Shown here in pieces: positions 48,324-58,103 of a stretch of 64,000 nucleotides of DNA. Source of the stretch: an uncultured delta proteobacterium (GTDB lineage Bacteria; Myxococcota_A; Polyangia; Polyangiales; JAFGIB01). The notes beneath the pieces were generated by a model that saw only the letters and a program-made list of their open reading frames with translations, was not told the origin of the DNA and did not search any database. The stretch covers positions 1,536,001 to 1,600,000 of the forward strand of contig CAVZVA010000010.1 of the NCBI GenBank assembly GCA_963778655.1, given 5' to 3'. Every line of letters begins with the position of its first letter. Position 1 is the stretch's first letter. The position numbers were made by a program, and so were the translations under genes.

Positions 48324-49508
48324 TCACCCCCTGTTGTCGCGCGGAAACTGCACCAGCTGTCGGGCCATGATCAAGCGTTGAATCTGCCCGGTCCCTTCGA
48401 CGATGTCCATCGCCTTGACGTCGCGGTAGAGCTTCTCGATCAGGTGATCGCCGCGGCCGCCGGTAAGGCCCAGCAGCTCCATGCCGAGCGCCGCCGCGTC
48501 CTGGGCCACGGAGGCGGCGACCGCCTTGCACATCGAGGCCTCGAGCACGTTGGGGCGCTCCTGGTCGGCGAGCCAACCCGCGCGGAGGCACATGAGCCGC
48601 GCCATGCGCAGCTTGCGCGCCATCTGCTCCAGGCGGTCGCGCACGCGCACACGCACGAGCAGGCCGTGCTCGCGCGCGAAGGCCAGCGATTCGTCGAGCG
48701 CCGCGCGCCCGATGCCGACAGCGTTGGCGGCGATCTGGGGGCGGCCGGCGTTGAAGGTGCGCATCGCGCTTTTGAAGCCCTCGCGCTGCTGGTGAGGCGT
48801 CTCGCCGCCGAGCAGGTTCTCCGCCGGCACCCGGCACTCGGCCAGCGCGAACGAGGTCGACTCGTACGCGCGCAGGCCCATCTTGCGCTCGATCTTGAAC
48901 GGCCCGAGCCCGGGCGTGCCGCGCTCGACGAAGAACGCGCGCTGCGCGGCGCGGCCGCCCGCCGGGTCGAGCGTGGCCTGCACCAGGATCCAGTCGGCGC
49001 GGCTGGCGTTGCCGATGAAGCATTTGGCGCCGTCGAGCACATAGCCCGCGCCGTCCTTGCGCGCGCGGGTGCGGATCGCGGCCACGTCGGAGCCGCCTCC
49101 CGGCTCGGTCATCGCGAACGAGGCCCAGCGCGGCCGGTCGGGCGCGAGGAAGGGGCCCAGGAAGCGCTGTTTCTGCGCTTCGGTAGCGAGCGCCAGCACG
49201 TTCATCTCGGGCAGGCCCGGGCCGGGGTTGGCGACGCCCACGCCGCGATCCCAGTACGCCAGCTCCTCGGAGGCCAGCAGCGCCAGCACGGTGTTGCGCG
49301 TGCGCTCGCGGCCGCGCTCGCTGCCCGGGCCGGCCCAGCGCGTGCGGCCTTCGCCGCGCGCGAGGTGGCGGGCGAAGTAGGGATGGTCCTCCGGGATGGG
49401 ACGTTCCAGCCGGTCGGCCTCGAGCCCCACCGGCCGCACCTCGCGTCGCCCCAGCTCGCGCGCCTGCTCCAGCCGTTCGCGCGTGCGCCGATCGAGCGAC
49501 AGCTCCAT
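48324..49508 (-). CDS. Acyl-CoA dehydrogenase (catalytic-type subunit)
   Basis: FAMTEPGGGSD, GAKCFIGN, KMGLRA, YRDVKAMDIVEGTGQIQ. Confidence 0.93.
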   Translation of the reverse strand: MELSLDRRTRERLEQARELGRREVRPVGLEADRLERPIPEDHPYFARHLARGEGRTRWAGPGSERGRERTRNTVLALLASEELAYWDRGVGVANPGPGLPEMNVLALATEAQKQRFLGPFLAPDRPRWASFAMTEPGGGSDVAAIRTRARKDGAGYVLDGAKCFIGNASRADWILVQATLDPAGGRAAQRAFFVERGTPGLGPFKIERKMGLRAYESTSFALAECRVPAENLLGGETPHQQREGFKSAMRTFNAGRPQIAANAVGIGRAALDESLAFAREHGLLVRVRVRDRLEQMARKLRMARLMCLRAGWLADQERPNVLEASMCKAVAASVAQDAAALGMELLGLTGGRGDHLIEKLYRDVKAMDIVEGTGQIQRLIMARQLVQFPRDNRG

Positions 49509-50602
49509 CAGGCTTGCTCCGACGCTGCCAGCGCGCAGAGCTCGAGCGGGATCTCGCCTTCGCACACGCCGGCGCCCGCCTGCTCGCGCGCGGCGTCCAC
49601 GCCGCCCAGCAGCAGCCCCAGCGCGCGCGCCTCGCGCATGTATTTCTCGACCGGATGATCCTGCATGAAGCCGTGACCGCCCAAGATCTGCACCGCAGCT
49701 GGCCCCACGAAGCGCGAGGCCTCGACCGCCTCGACGAATGCGCCGGCTGCTTCGGCTGCGCACGGCTGGCCCTGCTCGGCGCGTAGCGCCGCGTCGTGCA
49801 ACAGCAGGCGCGCGCCCTCCACGGCGGCGTGCATGTCTGCGATCATGAACGCCAGCGCCTGGTGGTGCGCGATCGGCTTGCCGAAGGCCACGCGTTCGAG
49901 CGCGTAGCGACGCGAGTAGTCGGCCGCTTGGCGCAGCACGCCGACCAGCAGCGCGCCTACGTACACGCGTGCGCGCGCCAGGGCGCGCCTCGCGCCGGGC
50001 GCGCCGTCGAAGCGCGCCGCGACCGGCGCCTGACGCAGGCTGAGCGCGCACGCACCGGCCGCGCGCAGACCCGCACCCGGCAGCGGCTCGGCCGCCAGAC
50101 CCTCGCGCAGCACGAGCGCGCCGTCGTCGCGCAGCACGACCAGCAGCTCCACCTGCTGCGCTGGCAGCCAGGGGATGCTACCCGAAAGGCCGCCCCCGTC
50201 CGGCTCGAGCGCCGCATCGCCGGGCGCGACCAGTAGCGCGCGCGCGCCCGGGCGCTGCAACAGCGGCAGCGCCAGCTCGCTGAGCGCACGCTCGCCGCCC
50301 AGCTCGAGCAGCGGGTAGAGCGCCGGGCCCAGACGATCGAGGGCGAGCGCCGCACCGGGATCGGCGGCGCCGAGCTCCTCGTTGACAAGGGCGCGGGCAA
50401 GCGGTCCGAGCGCGGCGCCGCCGAGCTGCGCCGGCAGCTCCAATCCCGCGAGCCCGATGCGCGCGTAGGCCTCTTGCGCCTGCGCGGCGACCCCCCGGGC
50501 GAGCTCGGCCTGGCGCAATCCCGCCTGCAGCTGGCCGGCGCCGAAGGCGCGCGTCGTCTGCACCAGCAGCCCGAGCTCCTCGGACAGGTCGAAGTCGAAC
50601 AA
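49508..50602 (-). CDS. Acyl-CoA dehydrogenase-like (degenerate subunit)
   Basis: FDLSEE start (TTG), RVAFGKPIAHHQAL, AVQILGGHGFMQDHPVEKYMREAR; lacks TEPxxGSD and the EGT motif; TGATG coupling to the next gene. Confidence 0.88.
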   Translation of the reverse strand: MFDFDLSEELGLLVQTTRAFGAGQLQAGLRQAELARGVAAQAQEAYARIGLAGLELPAQLGGAALGPLARALVNEELGAADPGAALALDRLGPALYPLLELGGERALSELALPLLQRPGARALLVAPGDAALEPDGGGLSGSIPWLPAQQVELLVVLRDDGALVLREGLAAEPLPGAGLRAAGACALSLRQAPVAARFDGAPGARRALARARVYVGALLVGVLRQAADYSRRYALERVAFGKPIAHHQALAFMIADMHAAVEGARLLLHDAALRAEQGQPCAAEAAGAFVEAVEASRFVGPAAVQILGGHGFMQDHPVEKYMREARALGLLLGGVDAAREQAGAGVCEGEIPLELCALAASEQA

Positions 50603-50689
50603 ACCCGAGCCCTTCGCGGTTGCGAAACCGCTTGCATCGTCGATCCATTCGCCTGCGCGATCAACCCGGCCGCGTGCTCGCGCCCGTCG

Positions 50690-50729
50690 CCGATTCGGAA
50701 GCGCGCGTTGACGCGCGCTTCCGAATCGG
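50690..50729. promoter_or_regulatory. Perfect 19-bp inverted repeat in the divergent promoter between the ACAD operon and the AraC regulator
   Basis: CCGATTCGGAAGCGCGCGT-TG-ACGCGCGCTTCCGAATCGG. Confidence 0.6.
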
Positions 50730-50745
50730 AGATAGCCTTGGCCCC

Positions 50746-51786
50746 ATGGTGGCACCCTCCCGAGCGGGCGGGAGCGCGCGCCGCACCTCCGCGGCCGGCG
50801 ACGTGCTCACGTGCTCGGTGCGTTTGCTGATCCCGTTCGCGCGCTTGTTGCGGAGCTATCCGGGCTTTCCGGTGGAGCTGCTGCAGCCGCTGGAGGCGTT
50901 CGATCTGGACGATCGGCTGCCGGTCGCCAGCACTTTCGAGCTGCTCGAGGGCGCGGTCGCGCTGACCTCGGACCCGGATCTCGGGTTGAAGGCCGGGCGC
51001 GCGACCTCGCTCTCGGACTATGGGGAGATCGAGTACCTGGCGCGCTCGGCGCCCACGCTGGGCGACGCGATCGAGGTCGTCGGCCGCTACCTGCGGCTGC
51101 TCAACGACGCGCTGGAGTTCGCGCTGGCGGTGGAGGGCGAACGGGCCCTGCTGCGCCTGCAGAGCCGCGTTCCGCTGTCGCGCGCCGCGGCCGACTTCCA
51201 GGCGGCTGCGTTCTTCACCCACGCCTCGGAGCTGCTCGGCGTCGCCGACGTCGATGTGGAGGTGTGGCTCAGCCATCCGCGCCCCGAGCAGGTCGAGGAG
51301 CACGCGCGCACGTTCGGCCCGTGCAGAGTGCGCTTCGAGGCGCCGTTCGACGGCTTCGTGCTTCCCGCACGCGACCTGGCGCGCCCCCACGTGACCGCCG
51401 ATCAACCCCTGCACGCGGTGCTGCGCAAGCACGCCGAGCAGCTGCTCGAGGAGCTCTCGGCGGGCGGAAGCGTGAGCGCCCGGGTGCGCAGCCTGATCGT
51501 CACGCAGGTCGAGGGCGGCCACCCCACCGTGGTCGCGGTTGCGGCCGCGCTCGAGCTGAGCCCGCGCACGCTCGCCCGCGCGCTGGCCCGCGAGGGCACG
51601 TCGTTTACGGCGCTGCTGGACGACGTGCGCAGGGGCCTGGCGCTGCGCTATGTGGGCGAACGCGACCTGGGCCTGTCGGAGGTGGCGTTCCTGCTCGGGT
51701 TCTCGGCCTCGGGCGGCTTTCACCGCGCCTTCCGGCGCTGGACCGGGCAGAGCCCGCTCGAATACCGGCGGGCGCGCCGCGGCTGA
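50746..51786 (+). CDS. AraC family transcriptional regulator (OruR/ArgR-like with N-terminal ligand-binding domain)
   Basis: DPDLGL, SAPTLGDAI; HTH LSPRTLARAL..EGTSF, VAFLLGFS..FHRAFRRWTGQSP. Confidence 0.93.
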   Translation: MVAPSRAGGSARRTSAAGDVLTCSVRLLIPFARLLRSYPGFPVELLQPLEAFDLDDRLPVASTFELLEGAVALTSDPDLGLKAGRATSLSDYGEIEYLARSAPTLGDAIEVVGRYLRLLNDALEFALAVEGERALLRLQSRVPLSRAAADFQAAAFFTHASELLGVADVDVEVWLSHPRPEQVEEHARTFGPCRVRFEAPFDGFVLPARDLARPHVTADQPLHAVLRKHAEQLLEELSAGGSVSARVRSLIVTQVEGGHPTVVAVAAALELSPRTLARALAREGTSFTALLDDVRRGLALRYVGERDLGLSEVAFLLGFSASGGFHRAFRRWTGQSPLEYRRARRG

Positions 51787-51849
51787 GCGCCGCAGCCCCA
51801 CCGTCACCGGCGGGCTGCGGCTGCGTACAGGTACGGGCTTACCCTGCGG

Positions 51850-53145
51850 CTACGGGCAGGTGGCGCCGACGGTTTCGGCGTCCAGGATGCACATCTCGCC
51901 CGTGTACGTGTTGTTGGTGAAGAGCAGCGTGCCGGTCGTCTGGTTGATGACGTGGCACTCCCACTTGAACTGGTCGCCCGGCATCATGTCGAGGATGCCG
52001 CTCCAGCCGCCTTCGACGCCGGGACCGGTGTCGGCCACGGGGTTGGTGACCGTGCTCGAGTAGTCCAGCACCAGCGGCTCTTCGAAGTTGTAGCCCTGGT
52101 AGATCAGATCCTGCTTGCCGCCGCGGATGCGCCAGGCGGAGAAGCGCACGTTGTTGGCGTGGCGGTGGCCGTACATCCAAAGCATGCGGCCGGTGCCGCT
52201 GACCGTGCAGCTTCCGCCGTAGGTGACGTCGGCGCCGGGCAGGATCGGGTTCTGCGGCGCGATGTCGAAGATCTCCTTGACCGGCTCCTTCACCGTCGAC
52301 GGGTCGACGTACCAGAAGTTGACCCACACCTCACGCAGCTCGGTCTTCTGGGTGGTGTTGATCGAGTGCAGGCTCACGTTGATCGGGCTGTGCGCGGGCA
52401 GCGAGACGCCCACGTCCATGTTCTCCGGCGCGACGATGCCACCCTCGGGGTAGTCCTCCGAAAGGAGGTTGGAGGTGCCGATACGCTGGCCCAGGCCGGT
52501 GTCGCCACCGCTGCCGCTGGTGATGATGTTGTGGTGCGCACCCGGCCGCTGGCGGAACTGGCGATAGTAGAAGTAGACCTGCTGGTCGTTGCCCGAGGTC
52601 GCCGGGAAGTCGTTGGTGGTCTCTTGGCTCGGCGCCAGCAGATACTGCGGCTCGGGATTGTCGTAGTTGCTCGGGCCGATGTGCAGCTGGAAGCCCTTGT
52701 CGGGCGGGGGCGGAAGGATGCAGTACTCGTCACCGGCGTACTGGGTGTGCAGCCCGCACTCGTCCATCGCCGGCGCGCTTCCGGGTGTGGGTGGCGCGGT
52801 GGTGCCACCGCCCATCATCGCGGGCGTGTTCATCGTGGGAGCGCCGCCGCCAGCGGGCACCATATCCGCTGCGCCGCTGCCCGCCGCGCCGCCCGCCGTG
52901 GGCGGGGGTGTGAGTCCCGGGTTGGTCGCCGTGCCGGTGGGCTGCGCCGGGTTGGTCGCCCCAACGGGTGCAGTCGCCGCAGGGGCTGTCCCCACGCCCG
53001 GCGTCTGCGGCGGTTGCACCGTCACACCACTGCCAGGGAGACCGGTTGTACCGCCGTTGTTGTTATTGTCGCTGGCCCCGCAGCCGACGATGCCGACCGC
53101 GCCGATCGCACCAGCAGCCAGATACACGCCGAGTTGACGCTTCAT
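51850..53145 (-). CDS. Lipoprotein with copper type II monooxygenase-like (PHM/DBH) domain
   Basis: Lipobox IVGC; Pro/Thr linker; GFQLH, AHHN, SLHSIN, GHRH, GEMC. Confidence 0.8.
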   Translation of the reverse strand: MKRQLGVYLAAGAIGAVGIVGCGASDNNNNGGTTGLPGSGVTVQPPQTPGVGTAPAATAPVGATNPAQPTGTATNPGLTPPPTAGGAAGSGAADMVPAGGGAPTMNTPAMMGGGTTAPPTPGSAPAMDECGLHTQYAGDEYCILPPPPDKGFQLHIGPSNYDNPEPQYLLAPSQETTNDFPATSGNDQQVYFYYRQFRQRPGAHHNIITSGSGGDTGLGQRIGTSNLLSEDYPEGGIVAPENMDVGVSLPAHSPINVSLHSINTTQKTELREVWVNFWYVDPSTVKEPVKEIFDIAPQNPILPGADVTYGGSCTVSGTGRMLWMYGHRHANNVRFSAWRIRGGKQDLIYQGYNFEEPLVLDYSSTVTNPVADTGPGVEGGWSGILDMMPGDQFKWECHVINQTTGTLLFTNNTYTGEMCILDAETVGATCP

Positions 53146-53430
53146 AGTTCCACCTCCACACCGCACCAAACCGTGCCCAGCTGGATGCCTCCTTGGAGTC
53201 AAGCCAGCTTCTTTATACCCTTACATACCAGGTTAAGCACTTCGGCAAAGTATCCGGCGCGGTCAAAATTGCGAGTCCCAGCTCCGTTTGGGTCCGCTCC
53301 CATTGCAGCTGCGTCTGGTGGAGCATGTCCCGATTGAGGGATAGTCGTCGTCCCCCCAACCTCGGGTGCTCCGGCTTGCCCCTCACCCGTTCTGCCCGCT
53401 GGTGTACGCTTTGCCCGGCGAGGGTTTGCG

Positions 53431-53775
53431 ATGACTGCGCACAGCATTCCGATCCTGACCACGTTCGAGGCGCCGCCCGGCTCCGAGGTCGCGCGCGTGC
53501 TGGGCCCGTGCTGGGGCATCACCGTGCGCTCGCGCAGCGTGGTCGGCACCGCCTGTGCCGGCTGCCAGCAGGTATTCGGCGGCGAGATCTCCGCGCTGAC
53601 CGCGCTGGCGACCGAATCGCGCAGCGAGGCCATGAACCGGTTGGAACGCCACGCGATCGGCATGGGCGCCAACGCCGTGCTCGGCATGCGCTTCGACTCG
53701 GGCGAGCTGATGCAGAACACCAACGAGATCGTCGCCTACGGTACGGCCGTCGTGCTGACTGCCGCGCGCGGCTGA
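53431..53775 (+). CDS. ybjQ: YbjQ/UPF0145 heavy-metal-binding family protein
   Basis: GITVRSRS, GGEI, SRSEAMNRL, GANAVLGMRFD, AYGTAV. Confidence 0.9.
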   Translation: MTAHSIPILTTFEAPPGSEVARVLGPCWGITVRSRSVVGTACAGCQQVFGGEISALTALATESRSEAMNRLERHAIGMGANAVLGMRFDSGELMQNTNEIVAYGTAVVLTAARG

Positions 53776-53776
53776 G

Positions 53777-54394
53777 ATGAGCCGTCTGCCGCCAGCGCTC
53801 GCCCGGCGCATCGATCGCCTGGCGCGCCGCGCGCACCGCTTCCATCGCTTCGCGCACCATCCGTTGTGCACGGCTTACGCGGGCGAGCTCGTGCCGCTCG
53901 GCGGGCGCGGCCGGCTCTGCCGCGGCTGTACGCTGGCGGCTGCAGGCGTGCTGCTCGGCAGCGCGCTCGCGCTCTACGTGCCGTGGGCGTGGGCGCTCGG
54001 CAGCGCGCAGTGGGCCGCGCTGGCGGGCGGGATTGCGGCGTGGGCGGCGGCCCTCGTGTTGCACGCGCTCGCCGCCGGGCGCGGCTCGCCGCCGGGCGCC
54101 CCGCGCCAGAGCAAGCTGCTGACGCGCTTCGTACCGGCGTTCGCGCTTGCGTTCGGCGCCGTGCTCGGCGCGCGTGCCCGCTGGCCGGGCGGAATGCTGC
54201 TGGCCGCCGGGTGCACGCTCGGGGCGGCTTGCGCGCTCGCGCTGTACAGGCGGCGCGGCCCCGACCGCGCTCCATGCATGCGCTGCCCCGAGCGCTCGGC
54301 TGCCGTCTGCAGCGGTTTCTTGCCGATCGTACGGCGCGAGCGCGCCTTCCGCCGACTCGCGCGTCGCCTGATCGCGTCTGCGCCGCCGATGTAG
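53777..54394 (+). CDS. Hypothetical Cys/His-rich membrane protein
   Basis: HHPLC, CRGC, about 4 TM helices, CMRC-x6-C; starts 1 bp after the ybjQ stop. Confidence 0.7.
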   Translation: MSRLPPALARRIDRLARRAHRFHRFAHHPLCTAYAGELVPLGGRGRLCRGCTLAAAGVLLGSALALYVPWAWALGSAQWAALAGGIAAWAAALVLHALAAGRGSPPGAPRQSKLLTRFVPAFALAFGAVLGARARWPGGMLLAAGCTLGAACALALYRRRGPDRAPCMRCPERSAAVCSGFLPIVRRERAFRRLARRLIASAPPM

Positions 54395-54545
54395 CGGCCC
54401 TGTCGCTGTCCGTTGCCATTGCGGCTCACCTGCGTCTTGCAGCTCGACCGTCGATAAGAGCCGTCTGCGCAGCATCGGGCACAGCTGGCGCGCGTGCGAA
54501 AAGGGCCCGCAGCGGGGTATTGGGAACCGCCGATCGCGACTTCAC

Positions 54546-55235
54546 TCACCGCGCGCGCCTGCGCTGCAAGAGCGCGAACGCCACCCAGCAGGCAAGCGCC
54601 CAGGCCAGACCTGCCATCCAACCGGCGAGCACGTCGGTGGGGTAGTGCACGCCGAGCAATATGCGGGACAACCCGACCAGGCCGGCGAGCGTGAGCGCGA
54701 CCGAGAGCACGTACAGCTTGGCGGCGCGTCGTTCGATGGTGGCCGCGAGCAGCGCCCCGAGCGTCAGGTACACGACGACCGAAGAAAGTGCATGACCGCT
54801 CGGGAAGCTCCAGCTCTGCTCCGGCACCAGCGGCACGACCACGCTGGGGCGCTGGCGCATGAACACCCCTTTGAGCAACTGTGACAGCAGCGCACCGCCG
54901 GAAGTTGCAAGCAACACGTACAGCGCGACAAGGGGCCGGCGCATGACCAGCAGGAAGCCCAGCGTGCAGCCGAGCACCACGACCAGCACCGGAACGCCGC
55001 CGAGGGCGGTGAGGTTGAATGCGATCTCGGCCGCCAGGGACCGCGGCGATTGCACCAGGTGCGCGCGCACCGCCCGCAGGGCCCAACGGTCGAAGGCGCC
55101 GAGGTCGCCTTCTGCGACTTCGTCCGCCAGGGCGATGAATCCGAGGGCCGCCGCGACGGCCACCAACATCGCGCACAGGAGCAGCGCCTCGGAACGTTCG
55201 AGCCACTGGGGCAGCGTCGGGCGGCGGCGTCTCAT
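54546..55235 (-). CDS. PAP2 family phosphatase (undecaprenyl-PP/PGP phosphatase-like)
   Basis: KxxxxRxRP, SFPSGH, SRILLGVHYPTDV. Confidence 0.93.
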   Translation of the reverse strand: MRRRRPTLPQWLERSEALLLCAMLVAVAAALGFIALADEVAEGDLGAFDRWALRAVRAHLVQSPRSLAAEIAFNLTALGGVPVLVVVLGCTLGFLLVMRRPLVALYVLLATSGGALLSQLLKGVFMRQRPSVVVPLVPEQSWSFPSGHALSSVVVYLTLGALLAATIERRAAKLYVLSVALTLAGLVGLSRILLGVHYPTDVLAGWMAGLAWALACWVAFALLQRRRAR

Positions 55236-55531
55236 GCTCGACGACCTGGCGCTATGTGAGCTCCCGCGTCAAGTCCTGGCCCACCAGCCGGAAACCTGTG
55301 CGCGGCCTGGTGGGTGCCGCGGGCGATCACCACTGCGTGCGCATCAGTTGCAGAATGTCGCCGCGGCAGCGCCGCAACCGCCGCAGAGGATCAATCCGGC
55401 GATAGCTCATTCTTCCATGGACGCAAATAATCCTGCAGCCCGCGCTGTTGTCTGACCACAGGGCCAGGTCGCGCGTTCCGGCGGGCAAGTCGACGCTTGC
55501 CAAGCTCTCCCCCTGTCCAGAGAGGGTTCGA

Positions 55532-55981
55532 ATGAAAGCGCACACGGATCGGATATTCAACTCACTGCACACCGGCTGGCTGCTGCTCGGCCTCGGGACT
55601 GCGAGCGGCTGCGGCATGTACTCCGCTGCGCCGAAGACCGTGTGGCTCAGCAACGCCCTGAACGTGCCGGCCGCGTCGGGCAAGGTGGAGCTGACGCATC
55701 TGGATCAGGGTAAGATGCGGCTCGCGATCCATGTCGACTACCTCGCACCGCCTGACGAGATCGCGAGGGGAGCGACCACCTATGTGGCCTGGGCGCAGCC
55801 CGAGGCGGGCGGGGCGCCGCAGAAGCTCGGCGCGCTCGCGATCGACGAGCACCACAGCGCCAGGTTGGTGACGAAGACCGCCGACCGTGCGGAGAAGATC
55901 ACGTTGACTCCCGAGCCGGGAGCCGGCGTGACGCAGCCGAGCCATGCCCCCGTGCTGTGGGCGACGCTCGGCCGCGGATGA
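55532..55981 (+). CDS. Small lipoprotein, RskA C-terminal-like fold
   Basis: Lipobox ASGC; VPAASGKV, HVDYLAPP, YVAWAQ, KLGAL, ITLTPE. Confidence 0.7.
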   Translation: MKAHTDRIFNSLHTGWLLLGLGTASGCGMYSAAPKTVWLSNALNVPAASGKVELTHLDQGKMRLAIHVDYLAPPDEIARGATTYVAWAQPEAGGAPQKLGALAIDEHHSARLVTKTADRAEKITLTPEPGAGVTQPSHAPVLWATLGRG

Positions 55982-56174
55982 TCGCTCGCCCGCGGGGCGG
56001 GGCGGGGCGGCACCACCTCGACATCCTCGCCTGCGGAGACGATTCCCGGGCGCACACGTGCCCCCGCCGCAGACACGCCGGGGCGCGCTTGGCACGCGTG
56101 CGCCAGAGCAGTCTCGAGCGCGTCCTGTTGGTTTCGTGGTCGCGCGGGGTCGGGTGGCGCGCGTCCGGGGCGCC

Positions 56175-58031
56175 TCACGCAGGCGGCGCCTGCGGTCCTT
56201 CGCCTCGCACCAGCGTGTGCGCATAGGCCAGCGCGGCGTGGGTGGAGGCGAGCAGCTCGCGCTGTGCGGGATAGAGCGCGTCCTGGCCCAGCACATCGAG
56301 CAGCCCGGCGCGCTCGAAGGTGCCGTACATGCCCGGGCGCACCCCGCACAGCAGCAGGCGGCCGCCGTGCTTGCGCGCTTGCTGGGCGACGTAACCGAGC
56401 GCCGCGGCGGTGGTGGCGTCCATGTTGTAGGCCTCCTGCACCCGCAGCACCAGCACGCGCGCGCCGCCGTCGAGCAGCCGCACCAGCTCGGCCTGCAGCT
56501 CCTCGGCGGCGGCGAAGAACAGCTCGCCCTGCAGGTTGAGCACGCGGATCTCGCCGCCGTTGCCGGGGTCGAGATTCTCGGCCTCGACCAGCCCGCCGTC
56601 TTGACCTTCCACCATCACGCGCAGCTTGAAGCCCTCGGCGCGCCGCAGTGCATAGTAGATCGAGACCGCGATGCCGAGAAATACCGCGTTCTCCAGGTGC
56701 TCGGTCAACAGCACGCCCCCGAAGGTCGTGAGCAATACCACGCGGTCGGCGTTGGTGGTCACGAAGAGGCCGCGCAGGCGCGCCACGTCGACCAGCTTGA
56801 CGCCCACGTGAACCAGCGTGCCGGCCAGGGCGGCGATCGGAATCAGGTTGGCCTGCGGCGCGAACGCCACTACGATCAGCAGCGTCAGCACCCCGGACAA
56901 GATGCAGGAGACACGCGTGAGCGCGCCGGCCTCGACGTTGACCGCGGTGCGGCTGAACGAGCCCGACGAGGCAAAGCCGCCGACCAGCCCTGCGCCGAGG
57001 TTGCAGAAGGCTTCGCCGAGCAGCTGGCGGTTGGCGTCGAAACGGTGACCGGCACGCAACGCGAGCGTCTTGCCGATCGCGATCGCCTCGACCGCGCTCA
57101 TCAGGCCGATGGCCAGCGCCGGGCTCCACAACTTGCGCAGCGCGCGGACTTCGAAACGCGGCAGCTGCAAGTGGATCAGGTCGCGGGTGAGCGGCTCGAT
57201 GTCGCGCACCACCTGGACACGGTGCGGCGACCCGGGCGCCGCCAGGTCGAAGATCCACACCAGCAACGTGGTGAGCACGATCGCGGCCAGCGAGGCCGGC
57301 AGGCGCCGGCCCACCCGACGCTCGATCCGCTGCAGCAGCCGCACCACGGCGAAGGTCAGCAGCGCGAGGCCGAAGGTGGTGAGTTGCACCCCGTGCAGCG
57401 ACCGCAGCACCCGCAGCAGGTCGAAGGCCGCACAGCGGATCGGCGTGTAGCCCCACAGATCCCGGGCGATCGCCGACCTGTCGATGCCCAGGAACGCCGG
57501 CAGCTGGTTGATCACGATGTAGACGCCCGCGCCGGCGGTGAAGCCAGTCAGCACGGGCTCGCTGACGAAGCGCGTGAGCGCGCCGACGCGCAGCAGCCCC
57601 GCGCACAGCTGCACGGCGGCCACCAAGAAGGTGAGCAGCACGACGGCTTGCAGCGGGTCACCGTGCGCGGCTAGCAACGCGCCGTTGCCCGCCAGCATCA
57701 CGCAGATCGCGTTGGTGGGGCCGTTGATCAGGAACTCCGAGCTGCCGAAGGCGGCGCCCAGGATCGAGGCCGCCACCGCGGTCGCGATGCCCGCGGAAGG
57801 CGGGAAGCCCGCGATCAGCGCGTATGCCATCGCCTGCGGCACGGTGAACAGCGCGGTGGTCAGCCCCGCGACCAGGTCGGGCCGCAGCTGGCTCGCGCGG
57901 TAGCGGCGCAGCGTGGGCAGAAACGGCAACAGGCGGTCGGCTGCAGGCGCGGGCTGCGGGCGCGGAATCCCGCTCAGCGGCGAGGGCAGCACCGATTGCA
58001 TTCCAGGGCGGTCGTCGGGTGGTTGGCTCAT
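56175..58031 (-). CDS. SulP family anion transporter with STAS domain
   Basis: DLVAGLT..PQAMAYA, GPT, DANRQLLG, GSFSRTAVN; STAS GELFF..MDAT. Confidence 0.95.
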   Translation of the reverse strand: MSQPPDDRPGMQSVLPSPLSGIPRPQPAPAADRLLPFLPTLRRYRASQLRPDLVAGLTTALFTVPQAMAYALIAGFPPSAGIATAVAASILGAAFGSSEFLINGPTNAICVMLAGNGALLAAHGDPLQAVVLLTFLVAAVQLCAGLLRVGALTRFVSEPVLTGFTAGAGVYIVINQLPAFLGIDRSAIARDLWGYTPIRCAAFDLLRVLRSLHGVQLTTFGLALLTFAVVRLLQRIERRVGRRLPASLAAIVLTTLLVWIFDLAAPGSPHRVQVVRDIEPLTRDLIHLQLPRFEVRALRKLWSPALAIGLMSAVEAIAIGKTLALRAGHRFDANRQLLGEAFCNLGAGLVGGFASSGSFSRTAVNVEAGALTRVSCILSGVLTLLIVVAFAPQANLIPIAALAGTLVHVGVKLVDVARLRGLFVTTNADRVVLLTTFGGVLLTEHLENAVFLGIAVSIYYALRRAEGFKLRVMVEGQDGGLVEAENLDPGNGGEIRVLNLQGELFFAAAEELQAELVRLLDGGARVLVLRVQEAYNMDATTAAALGYVAQQARKHGGRLLLCGVRPGMYGTFERAGLLDVLGQDALYPAQRELLASTHAALAYAHTLVRGEGPQAPPA

Positions 58032-58103
58032 CTCGGGGCAGCCCGCGCGCGGCGGCACAATCTACCCCAGGCGGAGCCCCGAGCGCACCTCGACGCCGCG
58101 ATG

